A stretch of 56,031 bases of DNA, filler included, from Sphacelaria rigidula (GCA_964200075.2; 6 parts of 6 records of this genome joined end to end with filler, not necessarily neighbours in it), one strand, 5' to 3'; counted from the first letter of the whole stretch, positions 23,965 through 36,588 are shown. Notes: generated from the sequence alone by a model not told the origin. A program made the numbers and translations.

Positions 23965-25797
23965 TGATTTTTTTTATTGATTGATTGATTGTCCCACTTA
24001 AACTGACCCCCCAGGGGTCCAGCCGTGGTCTCATGATAGACGTACGTGAGAAAAACGAAATTCAAACACGCTCTAAAGAAAAAAAAAAAAGAGGGGTCGA
24101 ACAGAACGACATAGCAGACTGAGTCGTGACAAAAAAAGAGTGACACAAATTCAACACAAACAAAGCACAGAAAGAAATGGCCGACCTATAACAAGAAAAT
24201 GGAAAACAAGAGGAAAGTACAAAGCAAATAAAAAATAATAAATGAAATGATGGGGAAAAAAAAGAAAAGAGAAGAGAACTAAGAAATAGAAAAAGGCCTA
24301 AGGGATTCATGGCAGCAGAGTAGATACAGACACACACCAGTGGGCACCGCGGAGCCACCGACTAAGGACATAATCAACAACCGATATGAGAGGATAGGAT
24401 TTTCCGATTGGCAGCCCTCGACGTACCAGCCTCTCGCTTGTGACATCGGTCTGATTATCGCTTGTCCGCGCGTCGCCACGTTCCCTCAAACTCTTCCGCT
24501 CCCTTTTCGACTCCAATATCCCATTTGCCCACGTCCTTCGCCGCAGTGACCCAACCATATGCATCGTTGACCTCTACACCGTAGACGAACCACTTTCGTC
24601 GGGCTCCTTGGTGCGGGACAGCCCCTAGCGCACGTAGGTTCTCCTTTAGGGTATCCTCCCATTGCTTGGGGCGGCGGCCGACCTCCTTGGGTCCTCTTGT
24701 GGAAAGCCGATCGTTCATGACACGCTTGGGAAGGCGTGTGTCCTGCCGGACAAGGGCTCCTGCGAAGCAGAGTTGACGTTTGCGGATGGTCGTCTCGACA
24801 CGTTCGCAGTTGGTCATCTCGAGCACCGCCCTGTACGAAAGAATCTTGTAGCCATTTCGATCGCTCCTGCAGAATTCAACCACTCGCAGCAAGAGCTTGT
24901 GATGGGCAGTGCGCAGACTGTCGAAGTCTTCAGAACGTAGCGTCCATGTGGCACACCCATGCAACAGAGCTTTCACCACCTCCGCTTGAAGCAGTCGAAC
25001 TTTCAAGGATAGCTCGGCGTTGGGTCGGTCGTAGAGTTGGGAGCTATATATTTTCGGATACGCGCCCACGCCGCGCTGATACGGCGGTTGATTTCGGTGG
25101 ACATTTTCGCATCCGCGCTGATAGCTCCACCAAGGTAAATGGATTTCCCCGTCTGCTTTCACCGTTGACCGGCAGCTCTTATATCCAGGGTGGCCTCCGT
25201 GGGGCTGGGTACTGACCAAGGGCGCATGGACTCTGTCTTGGTCTCGGAGACCATCAGGCCAAACTCCTGGCAGGTCATCACTATCACGACCATCATTCGA
25301 GCAAGGCCTTCTGAAGTTTTAGAGGCTATATTATGCCGGCGTCGTCTGCATGAAGCATTGCCCACACGGCGCGTCGCACCTTTTCCAGTGGTGTCTCTTC
25401 CACGGGTTCACCACCGACACCTTGTGGCGCATCCTCTAGAAAGACCAAGTCTGAGACAATGAGCGGGTCCGCCGCAAACCGTTGGACGATAACTTCCGGC
25501 AAGCCTGCTCCGAAGATGTTGAACAACAGCGGAGACGAAACGCAACCTTGTCTGAGTCCCTGGCAGACGTCGAACCACGCTGATAGTTCGCCACTATCTA
25601 GCTGTACTCGAGCTCGCATGCCGTCGTGAAACATACGGATGATCTTAATCATTCGCGACGGGACTCCGAAACCAGGAAGCACTTCCCACAGAAGCGTGCG
25701 GTGTACAGAATCGTAGGCTTTCTGTAGACCGATAAAGCATATGTTCATTGGGATGTTGCTCGCCCGTCCCAACTCCTGGAGTCGGCGTACTACGAGT
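23965..25797 (-). mobile_element. 5'-truncated RTE-like LINE (non-LTR retrotransposon), RT and 3' UTR with (CAAT)n/A tail
   Basis: RRLQELGR..CFIGLQKAYDSVHRTLLW, QGLRQGCVSSPLLFNIF, MLHADDAG (decayed YADD), LSLKVRLLQAEVVKALLHGCATW, RLPKRVM. T-rich 3' UTR ending GGGACAATCAATCAATAAAAAAAA on the minus strand. Confidence 0.9.
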
Positions 25798-26518
25798 GTG
25801 CAGCTTTATTGTGGGGCATCCCTTTTATCCAACTGACGACTGTACTGTAGTGATGCTGTACTCTGGTGGTGTGCTGATATATCTCAGCAGACTGCTAAAT
25901 GATGCTGCGTTTCAAAGGTCGCTGGCGTCTGTCGCCGTATTGGATCGTTTCGCTGACGGCGGCCGTCGCCGGAGCAACACTATGAAGTCTCTCTCAGATA
26001 CTCAACAAGCGGCGCTCGAGAACTCGATGACTAGTCCAGAGAAGTATGTTCTCAGCATGCTTTGTTACGTGTTCCGTAGCGCTTAGACGCAGTCCTGCTC
26101 AAAAGATGCCGCACAATGGCGGTGGTTTTCTGTCGGACTGCTCATCATGCTTGCGCTACCGTACAGAAACTTCTGGGTTAGGGTTACATGATCGAAACCG
26201 CTTGCGAATGCCCAGCCTTTTGGACGAAACAAATGAATTTTCGATGACGACTTCAACCTCACCCCAATGTTGAACCTCAAAAACAAATTCAGGCTGTTAA
26301 AGCCACTCTCAATCTCACGAAAAGTTGTTCGACACGTTTTGAGTGATGCCACGATAAGGGTTAACGAAAGATTTCTCACAAGCATATCGTTAGGAGCCCT
26401 GCATCTCATCATCATCCAGAAAACGATCGGTAATAACGAATGTGAAACCACCGCGCGATTATCAGTGCTCCAATGGGCTAAGGATGTCCCGACATTGATT
26501 TTGAAGTGGACACGCCCT

Positions 26519-26950
26519 GAACGCGGGATTTCACAAATTGGGGATGGGTTTTTTATTGGGGATGAGAACCCGGAGAATTAAAATATTCGTATCCACACCA
26601 AATCTTCGAAATATGCTTCCATTTCTTTATTTTCTGGTAGCTATTGACAACTTCTACACGCCATACAAACTTGGATTTCGATAACCGAAATGTCGGGGTC
26701 CTAGGTGAAAACCAATTTTGGCGTCCGATCGGACACCTGAAATCCCCCAAAATTGTTTTTTCACGTGGGACCCCGACATTTCGATGATCGAAATCCAAGT
26801 TTGTACGGCGTGTAGGAGTTGTCAATAGCTACCAGGAAGTGAAGAAATGAAAGCATACGTGGATGATTTGGTATGGGTACGAAGATTTCAATTCTCCGGG
26901 TTTTCATCCCCCCCAAAACATCCATCCCCAATTTGTAAAATCCCGCGTTC
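26519..26950. mobile_element. Palindromic foldback MITE (~430 bp, ~200-bp arms)
   Basis: GAACGCGGGATTTCACAAATTGGGGATGG... at the left end and ...CCATCCCCAATTTGTAAAATCCCGCGTTC at the right end. The arms pair almost to the centre (ACAAACTTGGATTTCGAT / ATCGAAATCCAAGTTTGT). Confidence 0.9.
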
Positions 26951-27275
26951 CTGACTAATTCTTCCAAGTCAAGCAGCCCGACGAAAAGCGTCGAGGCCAG
27001 ACCCATCCCTCCCGTGGTAGGGCTCTTTTGCATGAATGTCATGACACCACGACAATACGTGTTCGGCACATGACCGATTCTTGAAATGAGCAAAATTATG
27101 GATTTCTCGCAGACGTCGCTGTTGCCTTCACATTCAAGAAACGTTCCGATGTCTGCGCATTACGAGCTGGGCAAGCCAACAGTGGGCAGTTGTCTCGCTC
27201 AGGCGACGCACAGCGCTCAGGCGACGCACAGCGTAAAATTAGGAGTTAGACGCTGAAATTTTGAAAGGCGCTTAT

Positions 27276-27814
27276 CAGAGACATCTCAAACTCGGCTCCC
27301 GGGATCCTGGGTGCTTTTTTTCAAGTGAAAGTGATGGCGATTCATCAGATGATGAAACCCTTTCACCGCGAGGTTCGGTCCTCCTCTGAATCGCGATCGT
27401 TTTCACTTGAAATATGGACCGGTTCGGACGAATCATCGCCGGTCCGAATCACCAAACCCACGATTTTTTCAGACCTGATCGCCCGAAAGAGAGAAAAAAG
27501 TCCACGGATGATTAAAAAGGTCCCCACGCAACGTGTGAGCCATTCCGCGTGCCTGCGCTACGCGTACCTGGGTTGCAACGCTGAAAACAAAGCCCAAGGA
27601 TTGATTCGTACGGTACGAATCAATGATACTGAAATCAAGTAATCTCCAGACGAAGCATTGATTCGTCCGACCCGTGAAAAAAAGTACGCAACTCAGAGCC
27701 AGCGAAGAAACCAGGATACCCGTGAAAAATAGTACACAACTCAGAGCCAGCGAAGAAACCAGGATACCGGGAGCCTAAACCAAGGTACCGGGAGCCGAGT
27801 TTGAGATAACTCTG
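27276..27814. mobile_element. MITE, family copy 1
   Basis: TIR CAGAGACATCTCAAACTCGGCTCCCGG / CCGGGAGCCGAGTTTGAGATAACTCTG flanked by TTAT on both sides, with a subterminal ~49-bp duplication. Same family as 34976-35190. Confidence 0.85.
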
Positions 27815-27968
27815 TTATGATCGACATGCAGAACATCTCGAGAGCAGCAAAGAAAAAAAAGAAGTTGAGGGCATTTGAGATTTCAGCAAAAACAACATAA
27901 AACAGCCGATTTTATATTTTGGGGTTCATACAAAATATGGGGCTGAAGTGGCATATCTGTCTTGCACG

Positions 27969-28068
27969 NNNNNNNNNNNNNNNNNNNNNNNNNNNNNNNN
28001 NNNNNNNNNNNNTTAATTAATTAANNNNNNNNNNNNNNNNNNNNNNNNNNNNNNNNNNNNNNNNNNNN
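27969..28068. other. Artificial contig linker
   Basis: N44-TTAATTAATTAA-N44. Confidence 0.97.
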
Positions 28069-28462
28069 CGTGATTTTTATCATCGTTCTTTTGTTGCGAC
28101 AATCTTCATCTACTTGGCAAGAAAAAAACTGCTCCCTCTCGACCGGCTTCCCCTTCTCGTCGTAGCTCCACTCCTCTTCCGGCTTTGTGTCCAACCGGAC
28201 GCCCCAAAAATGAATGACACTAGGGCTTCGTGCGTTTGGGCGTGCAATGTAGCGGCCTTCTGCAGGGACGTAGTTATTGATTGCCGTCTTCACCGCGATC
28301 GGTACGTTTTCGGGAAATTTCAACTGTTTGGACTTGCCTTTGGAACGACGTGCGCTGCACGGGTTCCGAAGGGGCAAGGGCGGCAGGCTGTGCTGCGCCT
28401 GAAGCCGAGGTCGGTCTCTGCTCAACGTTGTCGCTCATGGGGAGGATACCGTTGTCGCTCAT
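28069..28462 (-). mobile_element. Possible N-terminal BED-finger-like region of a hAT-type transposase (frameshifted, cut by contig end)
   Basis: SVIHFWGVRL...FFSCQVDEDCRNKRTMIKIT resembles the S-x-x-x-x-W...C-x4/5-C start of BED fingers. The histidines would lie beyond the gap. Confidence 0.4.
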
Positions 28463-28974
28463 GAGGAGGATGAAAACTGTGGTCAAACTACGGTGCTCCT
28501 TCGTTGTGTGCTTGGTGGGGGTTGGCACGTGTTCAGGTCGTCAACAAAATGTAACGCCTTTTTTCTGCAGACATGGCATGTGTTGACATGCCCTGGGCGA
28601 AGGACGACGTGCTCCATCGTTTTCCTTTCGTGCCCCTGTATATACTGACATTACAGAGGACGAGAAAAAATTATTTGAGGCTATGAACTTGTGGGTAATG
28701 ATCCGAACATGTGCATACTATCGGCACGCGCCCTGTCGGACGCTATCTATAGACGCAAATATGATCCTGCATGTCGGGCCTTTTTCTGCTCCTTTATTTT
28801 CTTGAACGAGTGTTACAATATCGCTTTCTTGGGCACGTCTATCATGCGACCATGGCTTGACCCATGGGTTACTGCGGGCTGACATAATAATATATATTAT
28901 TTTGTATCCACGGCATATGGTGCTGATGAATGAGGTCTTGAGCGCCGGAATGCAGTGTTGGCTAGACCTGACAT

Positions 28975-29360
28975 GGCCCACCCAAAGAATACACACAAGA
29001 GAATAGGTGAACATATTTTGCGGGGAGCATTTTTGTCTGCCGTCGATGGGCACATGTACATATTATTGACTCCCAGGGCGCGATGTTCACATCGAAAGGT
29101 TGTACACAAGAGGATAAATGGATATCCATCGCGGGGAGCACTTATTTCTGCCGTCGATGGGCACATGTACATATTATTGACTCCCAGGGCGCTATGTTGA
29201 CATTAAAAAAATGTACACAAGATGGTAACTAGGTATCCATCGCGGGGAGCACTTATTTCTGCCGTCGATGGGAACATGTAAATATTTTTGACACCCACCC
29301 TGTAGGGTGCAATATTCACATCCAAAGAATCTACACAAGAAGGTGTATCGATATCCATTG
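28975..29360. repeat. 111-bp tandem repeat, ~3.4 units
   Basis: GCGGGGAGCA..TCTGCCGTCGATGGG.ACATGTA.ATATT.TTGAC at 29020, 29131 and 29242. Confidence 0.9.
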
Positions 29361-32300
29361 AGGAGAACAATGACTCCAACATATATTTGTCCATATCCAT
29401 TGCTGGAAACAATGTACTGGGTGATGTTTTCATCGATATAGATCTTTACTGGCAATGATGTGTGAAATATTACACCGATGGGCACTGGTCAGTAACGATA
29501 CATTTTGGTTCATGCCACAGATACACATCGTGCATGGAAATGGACAATGAAAAGTTCATGTCAAATTCACATGGTCCTTCGCCATAGATTCCGCAAATTT
29601 CAATCAATATAAATGGTCTGTGACAATGGATTTTCGAAACGTTCCCTCGATATACATGGCCACCAGCAATGAATTTTAATTTCTTGTGTCAATACACATG
29701 GTCAGGGCAATGGACGGAGAAATTTCATCGTTGATAGTCATTACGATCGAGAATATACTCGTCCATTACGGTGAATTCTACTGCTACAGTAACAGATGCC
29801 TTCTACTGTCCAGGGTGTGTAAGGTCATCAAGGAGTACCCCTCAAATTGCAGCTTTCGACTCTAAGATGGGCCGTGCAAAGGTGGTCAACCGCCCTAAAA
29901 TGCTTCAGACTATCTCAGCTTGTAATGGGATTACCGAAGGCAACCTATTGTCCAACCTCTTGCTTATTCCAACCACTTGACATCATCGCTTCCAACACCC
30001 GTTGGTCACGCTCCGTGTGCACCACCCAAGTCTCTATATCCCCGGGAACGAAGCCAGTGCCGAAGGGCGCCAAGAAACAGGTGACCTTCCTCTACGTTGC
30101 GTGTGGCGTGGACATCGGTGTCAGCACTCCGTACCACCGCATGACCGACCCCACCGGCGGTAAAGACAGGGAGAACGCTCACGCCGACAACAGCAACTGC
30201 GTTAAAACCCTAGTGAAAGCGGACGAGAACAGCTATCACCCTTGCTACGACTACAGAGCCCCCACCTACCTCAAAACCCCTCCATGGTCTATCAGCGGGG
30301 GATAATGACGAAGACTTCATAAGGTGTCAAATATGCTTTTACGAGACACGTGCTGAGCTCTTGTCTGCTTTCCAACGACACTTGTTCCAAGAAAAAGAGG
30401 CGTCTGCCTCGAGAAACGACAACTCCACTCCTCGGAAACTACCGTGGAACACTAACTTTTCTCACCCCCCTGGCGGAGAGAACCCCGTGACGCCACCGAG
30501 CAAAAACGACCCTCAATCCCACAAGAAAGAAAAACAACCCAACTCGACAGGGTGCCCGACCCACGGCCACCAGGAGTGGAGCCGGGCAATGAACCACCGC
30601 CTACAGTAAGCACCACCACCATACATTTATTTTCCCCGTTCAACCCCTTTTTACCATGTATAGTCTCATTTTCATTCTGCCCTCTCCCACCTTCATCAAT
30701 GCTTGCTTTTATCGGTGGCAACCTCTTTTTTTGCTGTCAAGATGCCATAGTGCAATCGCCAGCCTCCAAGCTTGTTTACGTCTCGTCGTTCCTTTACTCT
30801 ACCCCTTGCCTACCTTCTTTCTACTGCGATGCGTTCCAAAACCAGATGCCTACATTCAAAACATGACCGACTCCCCCACATCCGACATCATTCATGCCAG
30901 CTTTCGGCAGCATCTGTGACTGTTTAGCAGCTTCGTTTGTTCTCATTCTGGGCCCCGTTTCTTTCTGTGTTGTGTCGTCTTCTGTGCCTGAGCTTCACCT
31001 TTCTTTGCTCGTACAGAAACGCGGCGAAATCGTTTTCCACCAACCGTGCCCACTCTCCCGGCGCATTTGGGGGTCAAGAGGGGGGGGGGTGAGGGGGGTG
31101 AAGAGATTCCTGAGTTCTATATGGAGCTAGTTTAAACATGACGAATTATCTCATTATAGGGGGGGGAGATCAAGTTTCTCGAACTTGGACTAGCTCAGGG
31201 AAGTTACACTAAACTAGTAATAGGGTGGTCAAGTCGCTTGATATTGATGTTGAGTCAGGTCAGTTGATGTTACGTTGACGTTTTGGTGATGAAGCCATTT
31301 CCTTACTTCCTCTAAACTGGGATCTTTTCCAACATTACTAGGTCTATTGGCGGTTGGTTCTTGTTCCCTGAGACATTTTGATTCATGCGTTTGCTGTTAC
31401 TACACCTCTATGCAGCAGTAGGTGGGAGGTTGGTCATATAGATCGCACGCCGGCAATTTTTCAGCTTGCAGTGTGTTCCTTGTAGTTCGATCGGTTTTTG
31501 CGGGCTCGTTCTTTTTGTATACCGTTTTTGTGTAAAGACTTCCTCTGTCAACTCTCGGTTTTATGGTCATGGGTGGCATGTTCCTTGCCCTCCGTGACCA
31601 CGGGTCGGAGCGATCGAACTAGAGTGTTCAAGGAATCGAGCTGATGTGATGTAAGCATCAAAAAACAAAAATAACAATACTTCGCCGGTGGGAGTTGAGA
31701 TGCAATGTGCCCGGGCTATGTCTTTTGCATACGAATTACACCCGTGTCGTACCTTTCCCGACTTTCCGAAAAAAACAAATCCTCTAAGAACGAGCACGGC
31801 GCCCAAACTAGTCGCGGTGCTATCAAAAATGTTACTGTAGGAAATCACCCGGTAGTGGCAAATATTTCGCGAAGAAATTAGACCGTACGACTCCAAACCG
31901 AAAGTCTCGAGGCATGAAAAATGGCGTATGTTTGCAGCGCAGGCGCCCGAAGATATCAAGGCCTGCGGACGAGCGCTCAGTCAGAGCGAGCTCAGTCAAG
32001 ACATACTTATTGACAATAGGAATAAGGAAGTTATGATAAGGCGACTCACCCCGCAATGCTCAGAGAGGAGGGCGTCGCGGCCATAGCAATATATATATAT
32101 ATATATATACAAGGGTTTCGGCGGCTTCCGCCGCCATGCTCAATGAGATCGATAGCCAAGGTACATGAGGACCGTTCATCGTTGCTCGCGGTAGATGACG
32201 GAACAGATGATCATAGCTTCAAGTGCAGTAGATTGTGCTGTGTGCGTGTGGAGACCCGTGTCCCGGGGGCAGGATATGAAGAAGAGGCTTAATGATGTTT

Positions 32301-32599
32301 TGACGATTGTACCGATACGGTAGAGAACGGGCAAAAGACTACCTCCACCGTCGAAGAACAGACACGGAGACACTCATTCGCCTTTTCCATCCACAGCAAC
32401 GGATAGGAACCCGATACCCGGGGACACAAAGACTTGCGACGAACACACACGAGTGTTCGCAACCATGAGTCCAGTACATTTGCACCGCAGAAACACCCAA
32501 TGTACGTAACAGGGTCCAGAAACAGCAACTGAAAAGGCATAAGATATTCATCCCCCCTCCTTGGTGGGCAACAACGAAGCAGGCAATCCCCGCAGTGTA

Positions 32600-33343
32600 C
32601 TCCCTCTGGGCGGATTTAAAAGCAAGGTTCGGACCAAAAGCGGTCTAACTCGGGCATATTATGAAGATCTTTTTCCGAACCGTTTTTTTGTTGTTGTTCT
32701 GGACCGCCGCTGCAGAACGCACAGAACCGCTGTCTTTTAGAGGACGCACCGAAAACGTTCATCACACGCCCCAGCAGAAGTTGCTCGAAATCACTACCCC
32801 AACTTTGGACCACCGCCCAAAAGCCTTCCCATCTGCTGGTGAGACATGTCTGCTGCTGACAACGCCTCTCAGGGGCAAAAACGCAAGAATTTGGATGATC
32901 CAGAGAGAAAAAAAGTCATTTGGTACCTGTTGACGCGCAGCGTCGATGGGGTTCTGAAGCGTGGTCTACGGTGCCCCAAACCGGGGATGATAATGAAATA
33001 TCCCCCCCTTTTCGAGAGGGGACTCTTCATTTTTTTGCATCAAATGTCGTGCCCCATTCATACGGGGTATTCCGGGTTGTGAAACCTGTGACGGGGCTTG
33101 TTTATCCGTCGCTGGGTACAAAAAAGCTGGATCTTCACCGAAATGACTGACGAGGGGATTTTTACGCACAGTCCCCCCCCCAACCTCATCGTTTTTTTTG
33201 TTTTTTCCAATGTGGTACCTGATCATATACAAACGTTGTCCGATGGTCCACAGTGCTCAGACGACCCGTTTTGGGCCATACCATACCAACCTTGCTTATA
33301 TTCCGTTTTTCCAAACCTCGCTTATAAATACGCCCAGGGGGAG
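32600..33343 (+). mobile_element. Internally deleted mariner (plant-type DD39D / Stowaway-related) element
   Basis: TA|CTCCCTCTGGGCGGATTTAAAAGCAAGG ... CCTCGCTTATAAATACGCCCAGGGGGAG|TA gives 28-bp TIRs with a TA target duplication. Residual transposase N-terminus MSAADNASQGQKRKNLDDPERKKVIWYLLTRSVDGVLKRG at 32846-32965. Confidence 0.85.
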
Positions 33344-34459
33344 TAGTGGATATATAAGAGAAACGGAAGAAGTAAGGCAACAATCGACCAACAGTAGCAA
33401 CCGATATCCCCCGAAACACGGACAACCCCGGATTCAACATCACAGACATGACTCATTGTACGAAACGGGCTCCAGAAATAGCAGGGCAGTTGAGCACACG
33501 ACAACCGCAACGTGGCGTTTCTCCGGCTTCGCCGCCACGATCAGTAGATCGACCAGGATCGACAGCCAAGGTACATGAGCACCGGTGATAGCTGTGTGCG
33601 TTGTGTAAGCTCATGGACTGAGCACGGTAGCAAATCCGGACCATGGACACTTTTATTGAGTGAAATTGATGTCACTTCAACAGTTTACCTGATTTTCGCC
33701 GTCAAACGGTTGATGGAAAGCGGCGGGAAACATTTGTCGTGTCGACTGTTTCATGAGCATGACGCCGCTTCCATTTTCAAAAAACCTTTTTTTGTTTCGT
33801 TTTCAGCCCGAAGAGCAACATGGGTTATGAGTATGTACGAAGGCTCAACACAAGGCGTCACAATCAAAAGTGAACCTGAGGAACTGACCGCCCCCGCAAA
33901 CCAAGAACCCATATAGTGGCGACGAATTTGACCATTTGATCGCCATGATGAGTTATCTTTTGTTAAATCGGCATCAGTTACTTGGACTTCACAAAGTACA
34001 GCGTGGTCCAGATGACCTACCCTACCGGTCAAACTTTTGCGATCCCCAGAAACATGTGATATGCACGGAGGGGCCTTTGTATGAATCGACACCATTTTTA
34101 ATCGTTTCCAACTAACTAAAAATATTACCGATTGATGGAAACGCCCCTGCGTGCAAACCACATGTTTCTGGGATTCCGTGTAACACAGAAGGGAGGTCAA
34201 CACAGGAAATTCTGTGGTGATCGTCTTCCTTTTTATCGCGAGAGGGATTCAGCGGCCCCTTTAGCTCGTCGACCGCGAAACCGAATTATGAGAATATAAG
34301 ATACGACTGAGAGTGAAAAGCGGTCAACTAGTCAATTAATCGTTTCAGTTCTGAAATGCCCCTCCACGAGGCTCAAGATGCTTTCTGTACTGTAGGAGCT
34401 TGCCACTGAGATCCTTGATACCCCTGAGCAAGGAGGTGACTTTAAATTTCCGAGAACTA

Positions 34460-34765
34460 TCTGTCAACTACCGAGTGGTAAAGTCTACTGTGAGCGGGAT
34501 ATCGACGTGTAGTTGTATGCACACGTCAGTGCTAGAGGCGAAGAAAAGCACGCACGAAATGAAAAATTGACTTCGTTGAAGCGAATAGTCAAAGCCACTC
34601 TCAACCAGCGCTCTACTCTCAATCTCACGAAAACAGTGTAGTCGCTGTCCACTGTTGAACATAGTGTGAGATAAAATTCCAGATCGTGTGACTGCACTGA
34701 GGTTCGAACCGACGACCCACCTGCCGTAAGGTTTGGAGGTTAACAACTGAGCCACCAGAGCGACC
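34460..34765 (-). mobile_element. tRNA-derived SINE
   Basis: Minus-strand head GGTCGCTCTGGTGGCTCAGTTG (A box) ... GGTTCGAACC (B box), followed by a non-tRNA body. The 3' limit is approximate. Confidence 0.7.
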
Positions 34766-34975
34766 GTTTGCCGACCAAAATATGAACAATAGAAGCTACC
34801 TCATGACGAAAAAACGCATGTATGGCAGAGCAGAAGCAGCAGCAACAACAACAGCAGTCCAGAGACAGGAAAATGGAAGTACAGTCGAGACGATTCGACA
34901 TGCGGGCAAGATCACAACATGCTTTCCGTGTGCGCCGAGATTGAACGGAGAGTCGTTCCGCACAACCTATCCAAC

Positions 34976-35190
34976 TAGAGGTATATATCGAACTCGGCTC
35001 CCGGTGTCCTGGTTTATTCGCTGGGTCTGAGTTGTGTACTATTTTTTCAAGTGAAAGTGATCGCGATTCATAGGCGGACCTGACCTGGCGGTCAAAGGGT
35101 CACAGCATCTGATGAATCGGCATCACTTTCACCTGAAAAAATAGAACAAAACAAACCAGGATACCGGGAGCCGAGTTTGAGATATCTCTA
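34976..35190. mobile_element. MITE, family copy 2 (shorter)
   Basis: TIRs AACTCGGCTCCCGGTGTCCTGG / CCAGGATACCGGGAGCCGAGTTTGAGATATCTCT. Internal TTTTTCAAGTGAAAGTGAT is shared with 27276-27814. Confidence 0.85.
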
Positions 35191-35439
35191 CTGAGCACGG
35201 CAAGAGGTGGCATCTCTGACGGTCAAAGGATCACAAAGAGACTCCGTTTCTCTAAAAGCAAGTGAAAAGTGCACCTGTCTCAGAGCCCCTGAGAACGATT
35301 CTGACAGTCCTGTGTGCGGTGTGACAGGGACGCACGGAGTGTCTACCGCCATGGCGAGGAAAGAAGGCGGAAAACACCATGCAGAGCACTGCCGTGGAAG
35401 CGATGCTCCCGAAACCTCCTGAAGGGGAATCATGCAATG

Positions 35440-35665
35440 CTGCTTGGTCAGAGCTTGAGAAAACGAAATGACCCCGTTTTGCTGTACTCTAAAATCAAGT
35501 AAGAACAACTGCTTGCCTCTCTGAGCTTCTGAGAACGACCGAATGACACCGTTTCGCCGTACTCTAAAATCAAGTGTGAGCGAATAAATGCTGGCCTCTC
35601 AGAGCTCCTGGAAACGACGGAATGACTCCGTTCAGCCGTACTCCAAAATCAAGTGAAGAAAGTGC
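35440..35665. repeat. ~75-bp tandem repeat x3 (partial copy near 35235-35300)
   Basis: AATGAC.CCGTT..GC.GTACTC.AAAATCAAGT repeated three times. Confidence 0.8.
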
Positions 35666-36588
35666 AACTGCATCCAAGGCTCTTCAACGGCGAAAAAGAT
35701 TAAATGTATTACATATATATATATATATATCAGCACGGTGGTGCTTCGAAGACCTTATCATGTCGAGTGAATAGTGGATACTTGCCTGAAACAGTCCACC
35801 AGCGGATTTCATACTGGCTTTCACCTGGTTACCATGGCACACTACCCTCGGATGTACTGGACATGTTCGCGCCACGGTGCAGCCCGCGGTGAGCTCCAAC
35901 AAAACAGAATACTAAAGAAAGGAAGCAAGTTGGGTAGTGGTGGAGAAATGCAAACTAGGTGTGGACAACAGCGAGAGGGGTGCGGACGGCCGAAAAGGAT
36001 ACTCGGGAGAGCCTGACGACAAAGCAATCAACTTCCCGTGAAGTCCGTAAGAGAAGACGGAACATTAACCTGTCGCAATCACGAGAGAGAGGCAAATGGC
36101 AAGGGGAATCACTGATCACGGAGTGAATTCCGCGGAGAAAGGGAAAATTCTCACCAGTGGCGGATACAAAAGGGCAAATTTCCATAATGGAAACAGGAAA
36201 GTGTGGTCTATCTCAGAGAAACGAAATAATGAAATACTGCCACCTGGTGCCTCGGGTGGGGGGGAATGCTTCGCTGTCGTGCGTCAAAATGACACCCGTT
36301 CGCAGGAAAGCCGTTTCAAAAGAATGTTGATGTGTAAGAATAAGAAGGTTTTCCGCGCCTCACGCCACGGCTCGAACCTTGCGATTCCAAGGCAAAGGAT
36401 AATGTGAAGTGTTCGGCGTTGAAGCAGTAGGCAGCGAAAAACCAAATCTGGGCACATGGACCCCAAGATGAAAAATTGATTTTGAGAGGAGGGGGGGGGT
36501 AAGGGGAGGGGACATCCAGCCGTGTGTCCCCTGGTTTATTGCAAAAGCGTTAAAATACAGTCAGCTGCCGTGGACAGTAGAGATTCTT

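Noticed and set aside
25990-27150. Degraded coding sequence flanking the foldback MITE
   Set aside because: Short ORFs carry no motif that I can recognise with confidence.
28975-29360. CRISPR-like repeat-spacer array
   Set aside because: The apparent spacers are homologous to each other, so it is a plain tandem repeat.
34690-34765. Functional tRNA gene
   Set aside because: A and B boxes are present, but I could not form a convincing acceptor stem or cloverleaf, and the sequence runs into a SINE-like body.
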